A DNA stretch of 64,000 bases from Candidatus Poribacteria bacterium (lineage in GTDB: Bacteria > Poribacteria > WGA-4E > GCA-2687025): the NCBI GenBank assembly GCA_963665845.2, contig OY762492.1, positions 96,001-160,000 of the forward strand, read 5' to 3'. Both the position numbers and the translations under genes were made by a program. The notes below the pieces were generated by a model. That model was not told where the DNA came from. It searched no databases and worked only from the letters and a program-made list of their open reading frames with translations. Shown here piece after piece: positions 18,763 through 27,179 of the stretch. Positions within the stretch are counted from its first letter, which is position 1. Each line of letters starts with the position of its first letter.

Positions 18763-21185
18763 CAGTCGATCCTTACAGATTTGGCGTCGGCGTAGTCGGG
18801 CAGATCGCCTCCAAGCGGCGCATCAACTGAAGATTGACCAATACGCCGCGCCCATTCTGCGATGATCGCCTTCTGCAGCTTCTCGTCGCTGGCGAATACG
18901 GCTCCTGTGTAGTACCATCCCAGTTCCCAGTCAGAAAGCGTCCGGACAGGTCCAAACCGATTCAGAGCTTGTCTCATCTGCCTTTGACTCTCTGCTTTCC
19001 GCCCCTGTTTTGAGGCAATTTGCGCTTTCAAGACATAAGAAGGCGGTCTCTGGTCGCGCTCAATCGCCTTATCGATATTATTCTCCGCCTCTTCAAGGCT
19101 CCCGATCTTTTGCAGCATTGATGCGAGGTTGAACAGCGGGATGTCCCAAGACGGATCCAAGTGCGCCGCTTCAAGATAGTATTTTTGGGCGCGCTCGTAA
19201 TCTTGCATATCATGGCAAAGAATGCCCATTCGGTTAAAAAGAACATCATCAGGGCTGAACTTGCTGAGACTGATCAAAAGGCTAAGAGCCTTTTCCTGCT
19301 TGCCCAGCTCTTTCTCCAGAGTCGCAATTCTCATGACAATCTTTTTTTGCTCTTCCAGCGTCAACGTCTCGACTTTTATCCGCTCTTCTAATTCAAGAAT
19401 TTCGTTGCGCTTTGCGTTCGTGTTCACGACGTGCGTCAGCGGGTTCTCCACCTTACGAGAAAAATCGATCTCCGGTTTACCGGCGAGTTCAAGTTCGAGA
19501 AACAGCTTCTGGTTCAGGTCCATCCGATACCGCAGACGCAACGGATCTCCTTCATGAACAATCGGAGGGATGCGCCAAAGTTCTTTCATCAGCGTCTTCC
19601 CAGCGGAATTGGTCACTTCAACGCGGAGATCGAGGTGTTCTGAGATGACGGTTTTTGGAATAATGAGCCCGCTGTATTCCGCCCATCCGCTGTCGGACGG
19701 GTAAGGCAGCTCCGCGCCCCGCTCAATCAGCGTTTTGGATCCTTTTTCGGTGCGGATGCGTATGGCGCCACCCGCGGCGGGGCGGACGATTCCCTGTCCA
19801 AAAAGCTTCAAGGAAAGAGCTTGATAGGCGGCTCCTTCCGCGACTGCGGTTTGGACGCGCTCCAAATCGTCGAAGCGCAGGATTTCCGCTTCGCTGAAAA
19901 ATTCTTCTACAGCTTCCGCGATCTGCGGAATTAGACTGCTTCCGCCGACCATCAAACAGTAGTCCACCTCCCCGCGCTCTACTTGGGCGCGCTCGAGAGC
20001 GTCTTGAAGCGGGGCGAAGATAGAGCATGTCGCGTGATAATCGAATTCGCGCAGATTCAGCAGATCGGGTTCAAGGAACGGCTTGACCGCGTCTTCGAAT
20101 TGTTCGGTGGTCAGTTTGGGCGATTTCAAGGTCAGCTCATCGCCGTTTTTGAGTCGGCATTCATAGGTGAGGGGCAGCTCTTTAAAGGTCTTTTCGCGCT
20201 CCGTTTCGTATTTGCCGAGCTGTTTGAGCCGCGCAATTTCTTTGGACAAGCCGACTTTCAGGTTCTCGGCGACGCCCAACAACGCGGGTATGACAAATCT
20301 GGATTTTGCCTGATAGTCCAGCTCGTTCTCATCCAGCCTGTTCTGCTCTATGAGCTGCGGGATCAGAACGTTGACAACGATTTCGCGGTCAATGTCTCCG
20401 CCGCCGAGTCGGTGGTATCGGGAAACGGAAAGCGGGGCGATCCGTATCGGCGCTCCTTGCGCTTTCGGCGGCATCAGTTCAAAGAGCGCGACATCGCAGG
20501 TTCCGCCGCCGAAGTCGAACATGAGCAGTCGGCGCTGTCCGCTGACTTCGGCGAAGGCGCTTCTGCCTCGGTCGGCGAGGTAGGCGATGAAGGCGGCGAT
20601 CGGTTCGTCCAGGAGCGCGCCGTCGTCTAGACGGATGCCCGCCATTTCGACGGCTTCGATCGTGTCCTGCCGCTGCGGCGCTTGAAAAGAGGCGGGTACC
20701 GTGACGACTGTTGAGGCGATCGGATCGCTGTTGTCGTCAAGGGCGGCGTCCATGAGGAATTTGAGGATATGTCCGCTAATCTCTTTGGCGGACTGAAAGC
20801 CTTCGGGAGCTTTATGGTAGGTTCGCCGGACGCCGATCTCGTTTTTGCATTCCCAGAAGATGTCTCGATTCTGCTCTAAGTCGAAACTGCTTAAGTCGGA
20901 ACGGAGCCGCTTAGCTCCCTCGCCGACAAACCGATCGCCGTTATGAAGCGCAACGACCGATGGGACGAGAATATCGGTGTAGAGTCCTTCGCGCGTTTCT
21001 TGTTCAACTTCGATGCATTGGACGGGCGGCAGTTTCAGGCTGTCGGGCGGCAGGACGATTTCGGCAACGGCGGAATTCGTTGTGCCGAGGTCAATGCCGA
21101 TGACGCGGAGGGGTCCGTCGGCGGTTCGTATCGTCTGGTTTTCAGGGGCGATGATGCTCAGGTTGTTCATGGCTTCCGTTCTCAT
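18762..21185 (-). CDS. Atypical Hsp70-family ATPase with C-terminal TPR repeats
   Basis: GIDLGTTNS, TVPASF, LDEPIAA, FDFGGGTCDV, LGGGDID, VGGSSLIP; C-terminal TPRs (FNRMG...YERAQKYY..AAHLDP, FNLA...EEAE..IDKAI). Confidence 0.88.
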   Translation of the reverse strand: MRTEAMNNLSIIAPENQTIRTADGPLRVIGIDLGTTNSAVAEIVLPPDSLKLPPVQCIEVEQETREGLYTDILVPSVVALHNGDRFVGEGAKRLRSDLSSFDLEQNRDIFWECKNEIGVRRTYHKAPEGFQSAKEISGHILKFLMDAALDDNSDPIASTVVTVPASFQAPQRQDTIEAVEMAGIRLDDGALLDEPIAAFIAYLADRGRSAFAEVSGQRRLLMFDFGGGTCDVALFELMPPKAQGAPIRIAPLSVSRYHRLGGGDIDREIVVNVLIPQLIEQNRLDENELDYQAKSRFVIPALLGVAENLKVGLSKEIARLKQLGKYETEREKTFKELPLTYECRLKNGDELTLKSPKLTTEQFEDAVKPFLEPDLLNLREFDYHATCSIFAPLQDALERAQVERGEVDYCLMVGGSSLIPQIAEAVEEFFSEAEILRFDDLERVQTAVAEGAAYQALSLKLFGQGIVRPAAGGAIRIRTEKGSKTLIERGAELPYPSDSGWAEYSGLIIPKTVISEHLDLRVEVTNSAGKTLMKELWRIPPIVHEGDPLRLRYRMDLNQKLFLELELAGKPEIDFSRKVENPLTHVVNTNAKRNEILELEERIKVETLTLEEQKKIVMRIATLEKELGKQEKALSLLISLSKFSPDDVLFNRMGILCHDMQDYERAQKYYLEAAHLDPSWDIPLFNLASMLQKIGSLEEAENNIDKAIERDQRPPSYVLKAQIASKQGRKAESQRQMRQALNRFGPVRTLSDWELGWYYTGAVFASDEKLQKAIIAEWARRIGQSSVDAPLGGDLPDYADAKSVRID

Positions 21186-21258
21186 GCGTCGTCGTCAGTT
21201 TATGCGAATCAGCCAACTTTATTATAGCGCCTTTTCTTGCCGGGCGCTCGTTTCGCGT

Positions 21259-22173
21259 CTAAGTTTTGTCTGCCTGTTTTTCAAAAAGCCGCTGTTGGCG
21301 GGCTGTTTTGCGCGGCGATTCGTACGGCGTTGTTCCGTAGTTGGTGATCAGAGCCTCAGTCATGGCGTTGCGGTTTTTTTCTTTGGCGCCTAGGTGGTAG
21401 AAATGGCTTCTCGTTTGGAGGTGGAAAGAAGCCCATAGGCGTTCGATATAGGGGTTTTTTCGGAAGCGGTTGCTGTGCCATGTTGAAAGGATGAAGCCGC
21501 ATGGCGCCTTCGAGAGCGAGCGCGCAAGTTGGCGTTCATGGTCTTCGCCCCATCCGCTGAAGTAGTCCGCATGCCGCGCGATGTAGGGCGGATCGCAATA
21601 GAGAAGATCGCCCTTTTGCGCCGCTTCGATGGTCGCGGTGAAATTCTGGCAGCGGAATTCATAGGCGCCGAGGGCCGTCAGATTCGAGACGGCTTGAACC
21701 TGATTGGCGATTTTCGTTATGTATGCTTGAGAAAAGCGGTTTGGTTTTCGGCAGAACGGGACGTTGAACTGCCCTTTCCGGTTGAATCGCATCAGTCCAT
21801 TAAAGCATGCGCGGTTTAAAAATAGAAAATCTAGCGGGTCTCCGCGCTGGTTGAACCGTTCTCGTACCGCGTAGTAATGTTCGCCTTCTGAGCGCCGCAG
21901 CTCTGCGCCTTCTTCTTTGAGAAAGCGGCGCGTTGAATCCGCGGTGATTTGGCTGTCGGCGACCGCTTGATAAAAGCGGATAATGTGCGGGTTGGAATCT
22001 GCCAGCAACGCTTTCTTTGGGCGGACATTGAACGCGACGGCGCCCGACCCCATGAACGGCTCAATCCATCTCCCGCTGAATTCGGGCGGCATCGCTGAAC
22101 GTATCCATGGCGTCAGTTTGGTCTTGATGCCTTGACATTTGATCGGTGGTACGAGCGTTCTGTTGAGAGTCAT
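21259..22173 (-). CDS. Dam-family DNA adenine methyltransferase, M.EcoRV-like
   Basis: VPPIKCQGIKTKL, EPFMGSGAV, FNGLMRFN, YCDPPY. Confidence 0.92.
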   Translation of the reverse strand: MTLNRTLVPPIKCQGIKTKLTPWIRSAMPPEFSGRWIEPFMGSGAVAFNVRPKKALLADSNPHIIRFYQAVADSQITADSTRRFLKEEGAELRRSEGEHYYAVRERFNQRGDPLDFLFLNRACFNGLMRFNRKGQFNVPFCRKPNRFSQAYITKIANQVQAVSNLTALGAYEFRCQNFTATIEAAQKGDLLYCDPPYIARHADYFSGWGEDHERQLARSLSKAPCGFILSTWHSNRFRKNPYIERLWASFHLQTRSHFYHLGAKEKNRNAMTEALITNYGTTPYESPRKTARQQRLFEKQADKT

Positions 22174-23003
22174 TTGCGGTTGTTTCTTGGGACAATGAGC
22201 GATGCGTCGCCGCCTCGGTATTGGACAAACTCTTTGAGCGAGGTGATTCGTTTCAGTTCCCCAGTTTCGCTTTTCACAGTGATTTTACCATAATTCATCC
22301 AGTAGTCGTCAAACCATTCTTCGCCGAGATTTGCGAACATTCCGTTTACGGACAAAATATCCTCGATTCGCTGAATGCTCCCGATATTCGCTGTGTTGCC
22401 CGACCCTCTCTTGTCGCTTGCGATTTTCCATTTTTCGGACACAAAAAACTGGATATTCGAAATGGTTGACGCGATGGACTGGAGTTTGTCAAGGGAATGC
22501 GGCTGCGTCTGGTCTCTTGTTGAGCTGTCTGATCGGTCGTAAATGATTCCGATGCAAAAATGTCCCGCGTAGGAGCTGTAGGGAAACTGGATATTTTTCA
22601 CGCTTGAGCGGTCTCTAAAATATCTCCCATGCGACCCCAATGTGAAACCGTTGCAGAGCCAAGGTTTTTTGGGATTGCGGTAGGTCGTTTTGAAATCGAC
22701 GGCGAATCGTATTTTTTCATTGTCCTTCGAGACAAACGAAATGTCTGGATAGTAATTTTGATGCTCTGGAAGAACGACTGCAAGACGCTGCTGTTCGGCA
22801 AACTCAAGAATTTTGGGGAACAGGTGAATCTCCAAGATTTTGGATACGACCTTCGTATCTGCCGAAATCGTGTAGATTTGTCGAGAAATATCGATAAATC
22901 CCTTGACAGCCCATTGTCCGTCCGGCGCGCTGGCATGATCGGAAAGGGCGCTTTTCCATGCGTTCAGAGCAGATTCAAAGTCGCTTTTCGTCATTACGGG
23001 CAT
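22170..23003 (-). CDS. Type II restriction endonuclease, EcoRV family
   Basis: DTKVVSKILE, QNYYPD...VDFKTTY (PD..DxK), FTLG, KNIQFPY, recognition-loop-like GSGNTANIGS; ATGA overlap with the MTase. Confidence 0.9.
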   Translation of the reverse strand: MPVMTKSDFESALNAWKSALSDHASAPDGQWAVKGFIDISRQIYTISADTKVVSKILEIHLFPKILEFAEQQRLAVVLPEHQNYYPDISFVSKDNEKIRFAVDFKTTYRNPKKPWLCNGFTLGSHGRYFRDRSSVKNIQFPYSSYAGHFCIGIIYDRSDSSTRDQTQPHSLDKLQSIASTISNIQFFVSEKWKIASDKRGSGNTANIGSIQRIEDILSVNGMFANLGEEWFDDYWMNYGKITVKSETGELKRITSLKEFVQYRGGDASLIVPRNNRK

Positions 23004-23804
23004 CTATGCGCTCCAGATTGCGTTGTTCTTTTGCTGGACGATCTTTTTAATGTCCCGGTACCCGGCGCGTGAAACCAGCTCGCGCGTTTCAGGCGACAGG
23101 CGCGACACGATCGCTTCGGGCAGGTCGCCCATCGGTTTGAACTGCAGATGGTACCGCAGAACCAGGATGCGCCGAATGCGGTCGGTCGGCTTCCAGCGCA
23201 GGGCGCCGTGCGTCAGCCGCTCGGTGATGACGATGAAATCGCCCGCCCGCGGACAGATATTGAGAACGCCGGGCGGGAGTTCGTCCGCGTCGTCGAACGA
23301 GTCTTTTCCAAACAGATCCTTGGGGCGGTCGAATTCGCTTTTGTGCGAACCTGCGACCACGATGACGCCGCCGTCGTCTGGATACACATCGTCCAGATAC
23401 GGAAAGACGACGATATGATCCGCAAAGACGCGCCCATGCCGAACGGCGTAAGGCGGAACCGTCCAGTGGTAATCGTCGCGGGCGCAGTGAAGGCGGAGAG
23501 GCGCGTCCCCCGCCGCGTTGATCTGGAGCGTTCCGCTTGATAGGCGCGGACGGTTGTCCAGCAGCTCCTTGACGACCGGCCATGTCTTCGGGTGAAGCGC
23601 GAGCCGCTCCAGCGCCTTGTCGAAGGCGAACCCGTGGAGGTACCGATTGTTGTCGACGCCAAAGCCCGACGGCAGCTGGTCGGGCGGCGCGTCGATGTAC
23701 CGCTGGGACGCCTCCTGCGCCGCCGCCAGCTCCTCGGCGGTCATCGCGTTCGGGATATGCAGATAGCCGAATGTGTCGAACAGATACCGTTGATGATCAG
23801 TCAT
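23004..23804 (-). CDS. Phytanoyl-CoA dioxygenase (PhyH) family protein
   Basis: YLFDTFGYLHIPNA, LH, YLDDV..DDGG..VVAGSHK, AGD....E.LTHG..W...RR. Confidence 0.85.
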   Translation of the reverse strand: MTDHQRYLFDTFGYLHIPNAMTAEELAAAQEASQRYIDAPPDQLPSGFGVDNNRYLHGFAFDKALERLALHPKTWPVVKELLDNRPRLSSGTLQINAAGDAPLRLHCARDDYHWTVPPYAVRHGRVFADHIVVFPYLDDVYPDDGGVIVVAGSHKSEFDRPKDLFGKDSFDDADELPPGVLNICPRAGDFIVITERLTHGALRWKPTDRIRRILVLRYHLQFKPMGDLPEAIVSRLSPETRELVSRAGYRDIKKIVQQKNNAIWSA

Positions 23805-23828
23805 GCGAGTCTCCTGATGTTGCGCGGT

Positions 23829-24587
23829 TCATTCGTCAAACAGAAAAACGTTGCCGGGCATCGGTTCCCCTGGACCGGTGAAATACTCCTTGCCTTGTAT
23901 TGTCGCCTCGTGGCAGTCGAGGCATGGGGCGAAGTTGAAAACGCCGTGGGTCTCATGGTCGGCGATGATCTCCTCCGTGCTGTGGACATGGCAGCCGATG
24001 CAGGCGTGTTCGTTATACCGGTTACGGTATTCGTGGCACATGGCGCAGGCGGCGTCATGGACGACCTCGCCCTTCGGCGTTTTCGCTTCTAAGGGGAACC
24101 ATGGGTGGCGCGTTTTATGAACGCCATGCGCGATGAAGACGAGGATGAGCGCGATGACGGAGACGAGATGAACGCGCAGGGCGTAATAACGAACCCACCG
24201 CTTCGTGAAGTGGGTCACAAAGCCTGTTAGCATCGCAAAGGAGGCGAGCGCCAGAGCCGCCCATCCGCCGAACGAAGCGGGCGCCATCGCCGTATGGATG
24301 ACAATCAGCGCGAAGCCTGCTCCCGCAAAAAACCAGTGCGCCTTGAGCCAGCGCGCCTGATGTCCAAAGCGTATCCACTTTCGGCGGCGCCGCAGCGCAA
24401 ACGGCATGTTCAGCATAAAGCAGAGGACGCCGACAATGCTGATCGGATGTCGAATCATGTCGTAGCGCGCGATCCATGTGGAAGCCGCCCAGACGGCCAG
24501 CCCCGCCGAGGCGGTTCCCAGCGCGACATAATAAAGCCCGCGTATCCAGTATGCGACGAAACCGCTTTTCCAACGTATTAGCGCCAT
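23829..24587 (-). CDS. Membrane protein with C-terminal triheme cytochrome c domain
   Basis: About five hydrophobic helices containing His residues; CAMCH, CIGCH, CLDCH; AGGAG RBS before ATG 24587. Confidence 0.75.
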   Translation of the reverse strand: MALIRWKSGFVAYWIRGLYYVALGTASAGLAVWAASTWIARYDMIRHPISIVGVLCFMLNMPFALRRRRKWIRFGHQARWLKAHWFFAGAGFALIVIHTAMAPASFGGWAALALASFAMLTGFVTHFTKRWVRYYALRVHLVSVIALILVFIAHGVHKTRHPWFPLEAKTPKGEVVHDAACAMCHEYRNRYNEHACIGCHVHSTEEIIADHETHGVFNFAPCLDCHEATIQGKEYFTGPGEPMPGNVFLFDE

Positions 24588-24675
24588 CGGCTCTCCTTGA
24601 CTATAATGCATACGATACGATGAAACGCCGCGCGTTCCAAGCGGGCGGACATCGGCGCAGCGTAGGGAGAAACAG

Positions 24676-25740
24676 ATGGATCGGGTCAAGATTGCTCTGG
24701 TGGGCGTCGGAAATCGCGGCAGGAACACTTATCTGCCGATCATACAGATTTTGAACCGCGACCTTGAATTTGCCGCGGTGTGCGACGTTCGGGCGGACGC
24801 CGCTGAAGAAGCGGGGCGTTTTGCGGGCGTCCCCGCTTATACGAACCTTGAAAAGATGGTCACGGAGACGCGCCCGGATGTGTGCGCCGTCGTCGTCAAC
24901 CCGAGCCGAACGCATGAGGCGGGCGTCCCGCTCACGCAGATGGGCGTCAGCTACAGTACCGAAACGCCCATCAACTCCAGCCTGGAGCGGGCGGACGAGA
25001 TGATCGCCGCCGCCGAAAAGCATGGGGTGAAAATCGAGGTGAACGAGCAGTACTACCGCGTCCCGACGGAGCGCATCAAGCGGCAGATGATACTGGAAGG
25101 CGTCTTTGGAAAGGTGTTGACCGCGTATAACGACTTCCGCGGGCATGGCTACCATGGGGTAGGCTTGATCCGCAGCTACATCGGCTTTGAGGTGAAGGCG
25201 ACTCGGGCGTTCGGCTTTTCCCGAAAACATGCGGTTCAAAGCCACTACTACCGCGGCAGAAATCCGAAGGATGAGGGCTGGCAGCATGGCGTTATTGAGT
25301 TTGAAAACGGCAGCGTCGGCATTTTCAACTTCTCAAGCCTGTCGTACGGCTCGCCGCTGCGCCGTTTCAGGTCGACGAAGTTTTTTGGCGAACGCGGTTT
25401 TTGCGTCAAGGAGGAGGCGTCCGTGCTGGACGATTCCGCTTCAGCGCATCGCCCGATTGCGATTGCGAAGCGAACGCATACGGTGGACGGCGTGGAGACG
25501 ATTGCGGCGATGGAAGCGGACGCGCCGACGCCTGTTGTCTGGGAAAACCCGCTGCGCGATTATCCGCTCAACGAAGGGCAGATCTCCGTCGCGTCGGAGA
25601 TCATGAGCATCGCGAACGCCGTGCGAAACGGTACCGAGCCTGAATACGGACCGCATAACGGACGCGCCGACCGAGAGATCGATCTGGCGATGTCGCGCTC
25701 ATGGGATTCCGGCGGCGCCGCTGTGGAATTGCCGCTTTGA
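24676..25740 (+). CDS. Gfo/Idh/MocA family oxidoreductase
   Basis: IALVGVGNRG, AVCD, ETP (EKP variant), GYH. Confidence 0.85.
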   Translation: MDRVKIALVGVGNRGRNTYLPIIQILNRDLEFAAVCDVRADAAEEAGRFAGVPAYTNLEKMVTETRPDVCAVVVNPSRTHEAGVPLTQMGVSYSTETPINSSLERADEMIAAAEKHGVKIEVNEQYYRVPTERIKRQMILEGVFGKVLTAYNDFRGHGYHGVGLIRSYIGFEVKATRAFGFSRKHAVQSHYYRGRNPKDEGWQHGVIEFENGSVGIFNFSSLSYGSPLRRFRSTKFFGERGFCVKEEASVLDDSASAHRPIAIAKRTHTVDGVETIAAMEADAPTPVVWENPLRDYPLNEGQISVASEIMSIANAVRNGTEPEYGPHNGRADREIDLAMSRSWDSGGAAVELPL

Positions 25741-25763
25741 CCAACGCCGTTGAAGAGACCCGC

Positions 25764-26114
25764 ATGGAGCCTGACTGGATCACTTTAACCGAGGCGGCGG
25801 AGCGGATACAGGCGCTGTATGCGAGCTCGGGCAGATCGGTCTCCCGCAAAACGATCAGCCGATGGGCGGCAAGCGGCAAAATCGAGGCGAAGCGGGAGGG
25901 GCGGTACTGGAAAGTAAACGCGGAGTCGCTTCGCGCCGCGGCGGCGGAAACGCTTGGAGAGGTTGAGGCTGGGCATGTTGAGGAGACGCCGGCGGATGAA
26001 CCCGCGCCGCTTGAGCCAGAAGAGCCGGCGGAGGATGCGGTTAGCGCGCTGCGGCGGTTCATACAGCGTCGGAACGCGCTGTTTTTGCGCGATCTTGAAG
26101 ACGGCGTGGATTGA
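25764..26114 (+). CDS. Excisionase/MerR-like helix-turn-helix protein
   Basis: ITLTEAAERI...VSRKTISRWAASGKIEAKREGRYWKV, typical HTH_17 pattern; acidic linker. Confidence 0.75.
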   Translation: MEPDWITLTEAAERIQALYASSGRSVSRKTISRWAASGKIEAKREGRYWKVNAESLRAAAAETLGEVEAGHVEETPADEPAPLEPEEPAEDAVSALRRFIQRRNALFLRDLEDGVD

Positions 26115-26123
26115 CCGAACGCG

Positions 26124-27074
26124 ATGATACTGGTTTATCTGCGCGAGCTGAACGAATGGCGCCAAAAACGCATACAGGCAGCCGCCGATGAGGCTGGGCG
26201 TCCGGTCGTCTTTGCGGAAACAAAAGAGCAGTTGATGAAGCATGGCGCGGACGCCGAGATACTGTTCGCATACAGCGCCGAGGAAGTGTTTGCCGCCGTT
26301 CCAAATGTGAAGTGGGTTCAGACCTCCGGCGCGGGAATCGAGAAGCAGCTTTATCCAGCGATGATGAAAAGCGGGGCGGCGTTCACCAACGCGGCGGGCG
26401 TCTACGCGCCTCAGGCGGCGGAGCATGCGTTTGCGCTGCTGCTGGCGTTGACGCGCGGACTGGGCGTTTCCATACGGCGTCAGGAGCGGCGCGAATGGTT
26501 TTCAACGCGCGGATCGGTTTTGGAGATTGGCGGATGGACGCTCGGCGTGATCGGAATGGGCGGGTTCGGTCGGGAGATGGCGAAACGGGCGAAAGGGTTT
26601 GAGATGCGCGTCCTCGCCGTGGATCCATACTGCGCCGAGAAGCCGGCAAATGTGGACGAGCTGCTGCCGCTGGATCGGCTGCCTGAATTGCTGCGCCGGT
26701 CGGACGCGGCGATGCTGGCGTGTCCGCTCACAACGGAGACGGAGCGGATCATGGACGCGAACGCCTTGTCTCATATGAAGCGGACGGCGTATCTCATCAA
26801 TGTGGCGCGGGGGCGTCTTGTGGACGAGGCGGCTTTGTGCGCGGCGCTGCGGTCGGGACAGATCGCGGGCGCGGGTCTGGATGTCATGGAGACGGAGCCG
26901 CTGCCGCCTGAAAGTCCGCTTTGGGAGATGGAGAATGTGATCCTCACATCGCATTCGGCAGGGTATTCACAGCGGAGAGCCGACCGCATGGTCGCGCTGT
27001 TTTGCGACAACCTGAAAAGGTACTCGCGCGGAGAGCCGCTGCTGAATGTCGTTCGGAAGGAGCTGGGGTTTTAG
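26124..27074 (+). CDS. D-2-hydroxyacid dehydrogenase family protein
   Basis: AEHA, GVIGMGGFG, CPLTTET, INVARG, LDVMETEPL, ILTSHSAG. Confidence 0.92.
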   Translation: MILVYLRELNEWRQKRIQAAADEAGRPVVFAETKEQLMKHGADAEILFAYSAEEVFAAVPNVKWVQTSGAGIEKQLYPAMMKSGAAFTNAAGVYAPQAAEHAFALLLALTRGLGVSIRRQERREWFSTRGSVLEIGGWTLGVIGMGGFGREMAKRAKGFEMRVLAVDPYCAEKPANVDELLPLDRLPELLRRSDAAMLACPLTTETERIMDANALSHMKRTAYLINVARGRLVDEAALCAALRSGQIAGAGLDVMETEPLPPESPLWEMENVILTSHSAGYSQRRADRMVALFCDNLKRYSRGEPLLNVVRKELGF

Positions 27075-27109
27075 CCCGTCTATATTATCGACAGCTGCAA
27101 TATAGAGCG
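27035..27109 (+). repeat. ~75-bp direct repeat copy A (3' end of dehydrogenase gene plus downstream)
   Basis: GCCGCTGCTGAATGTCGTTCGGAAGGAGCTGGGGTTTTAGCCCGTCTATATTATCGACAGC...AATATAGAGCG; matches 28778-28853. Confidence 0.9.
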
Positions 27110-27179
27110 GAAGTCGCGCTATGTTATCGAAAACGCCCTCTTTCTTGCAATATGGAATGTCCGCTGGGTTAGGCGCCGC

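Noticed and set aside
18762-21185. Housekeeping dnaK
   Set aside because: Divergent sequence, TPR C-terminus, no grpE/dnaJ/hrcA context
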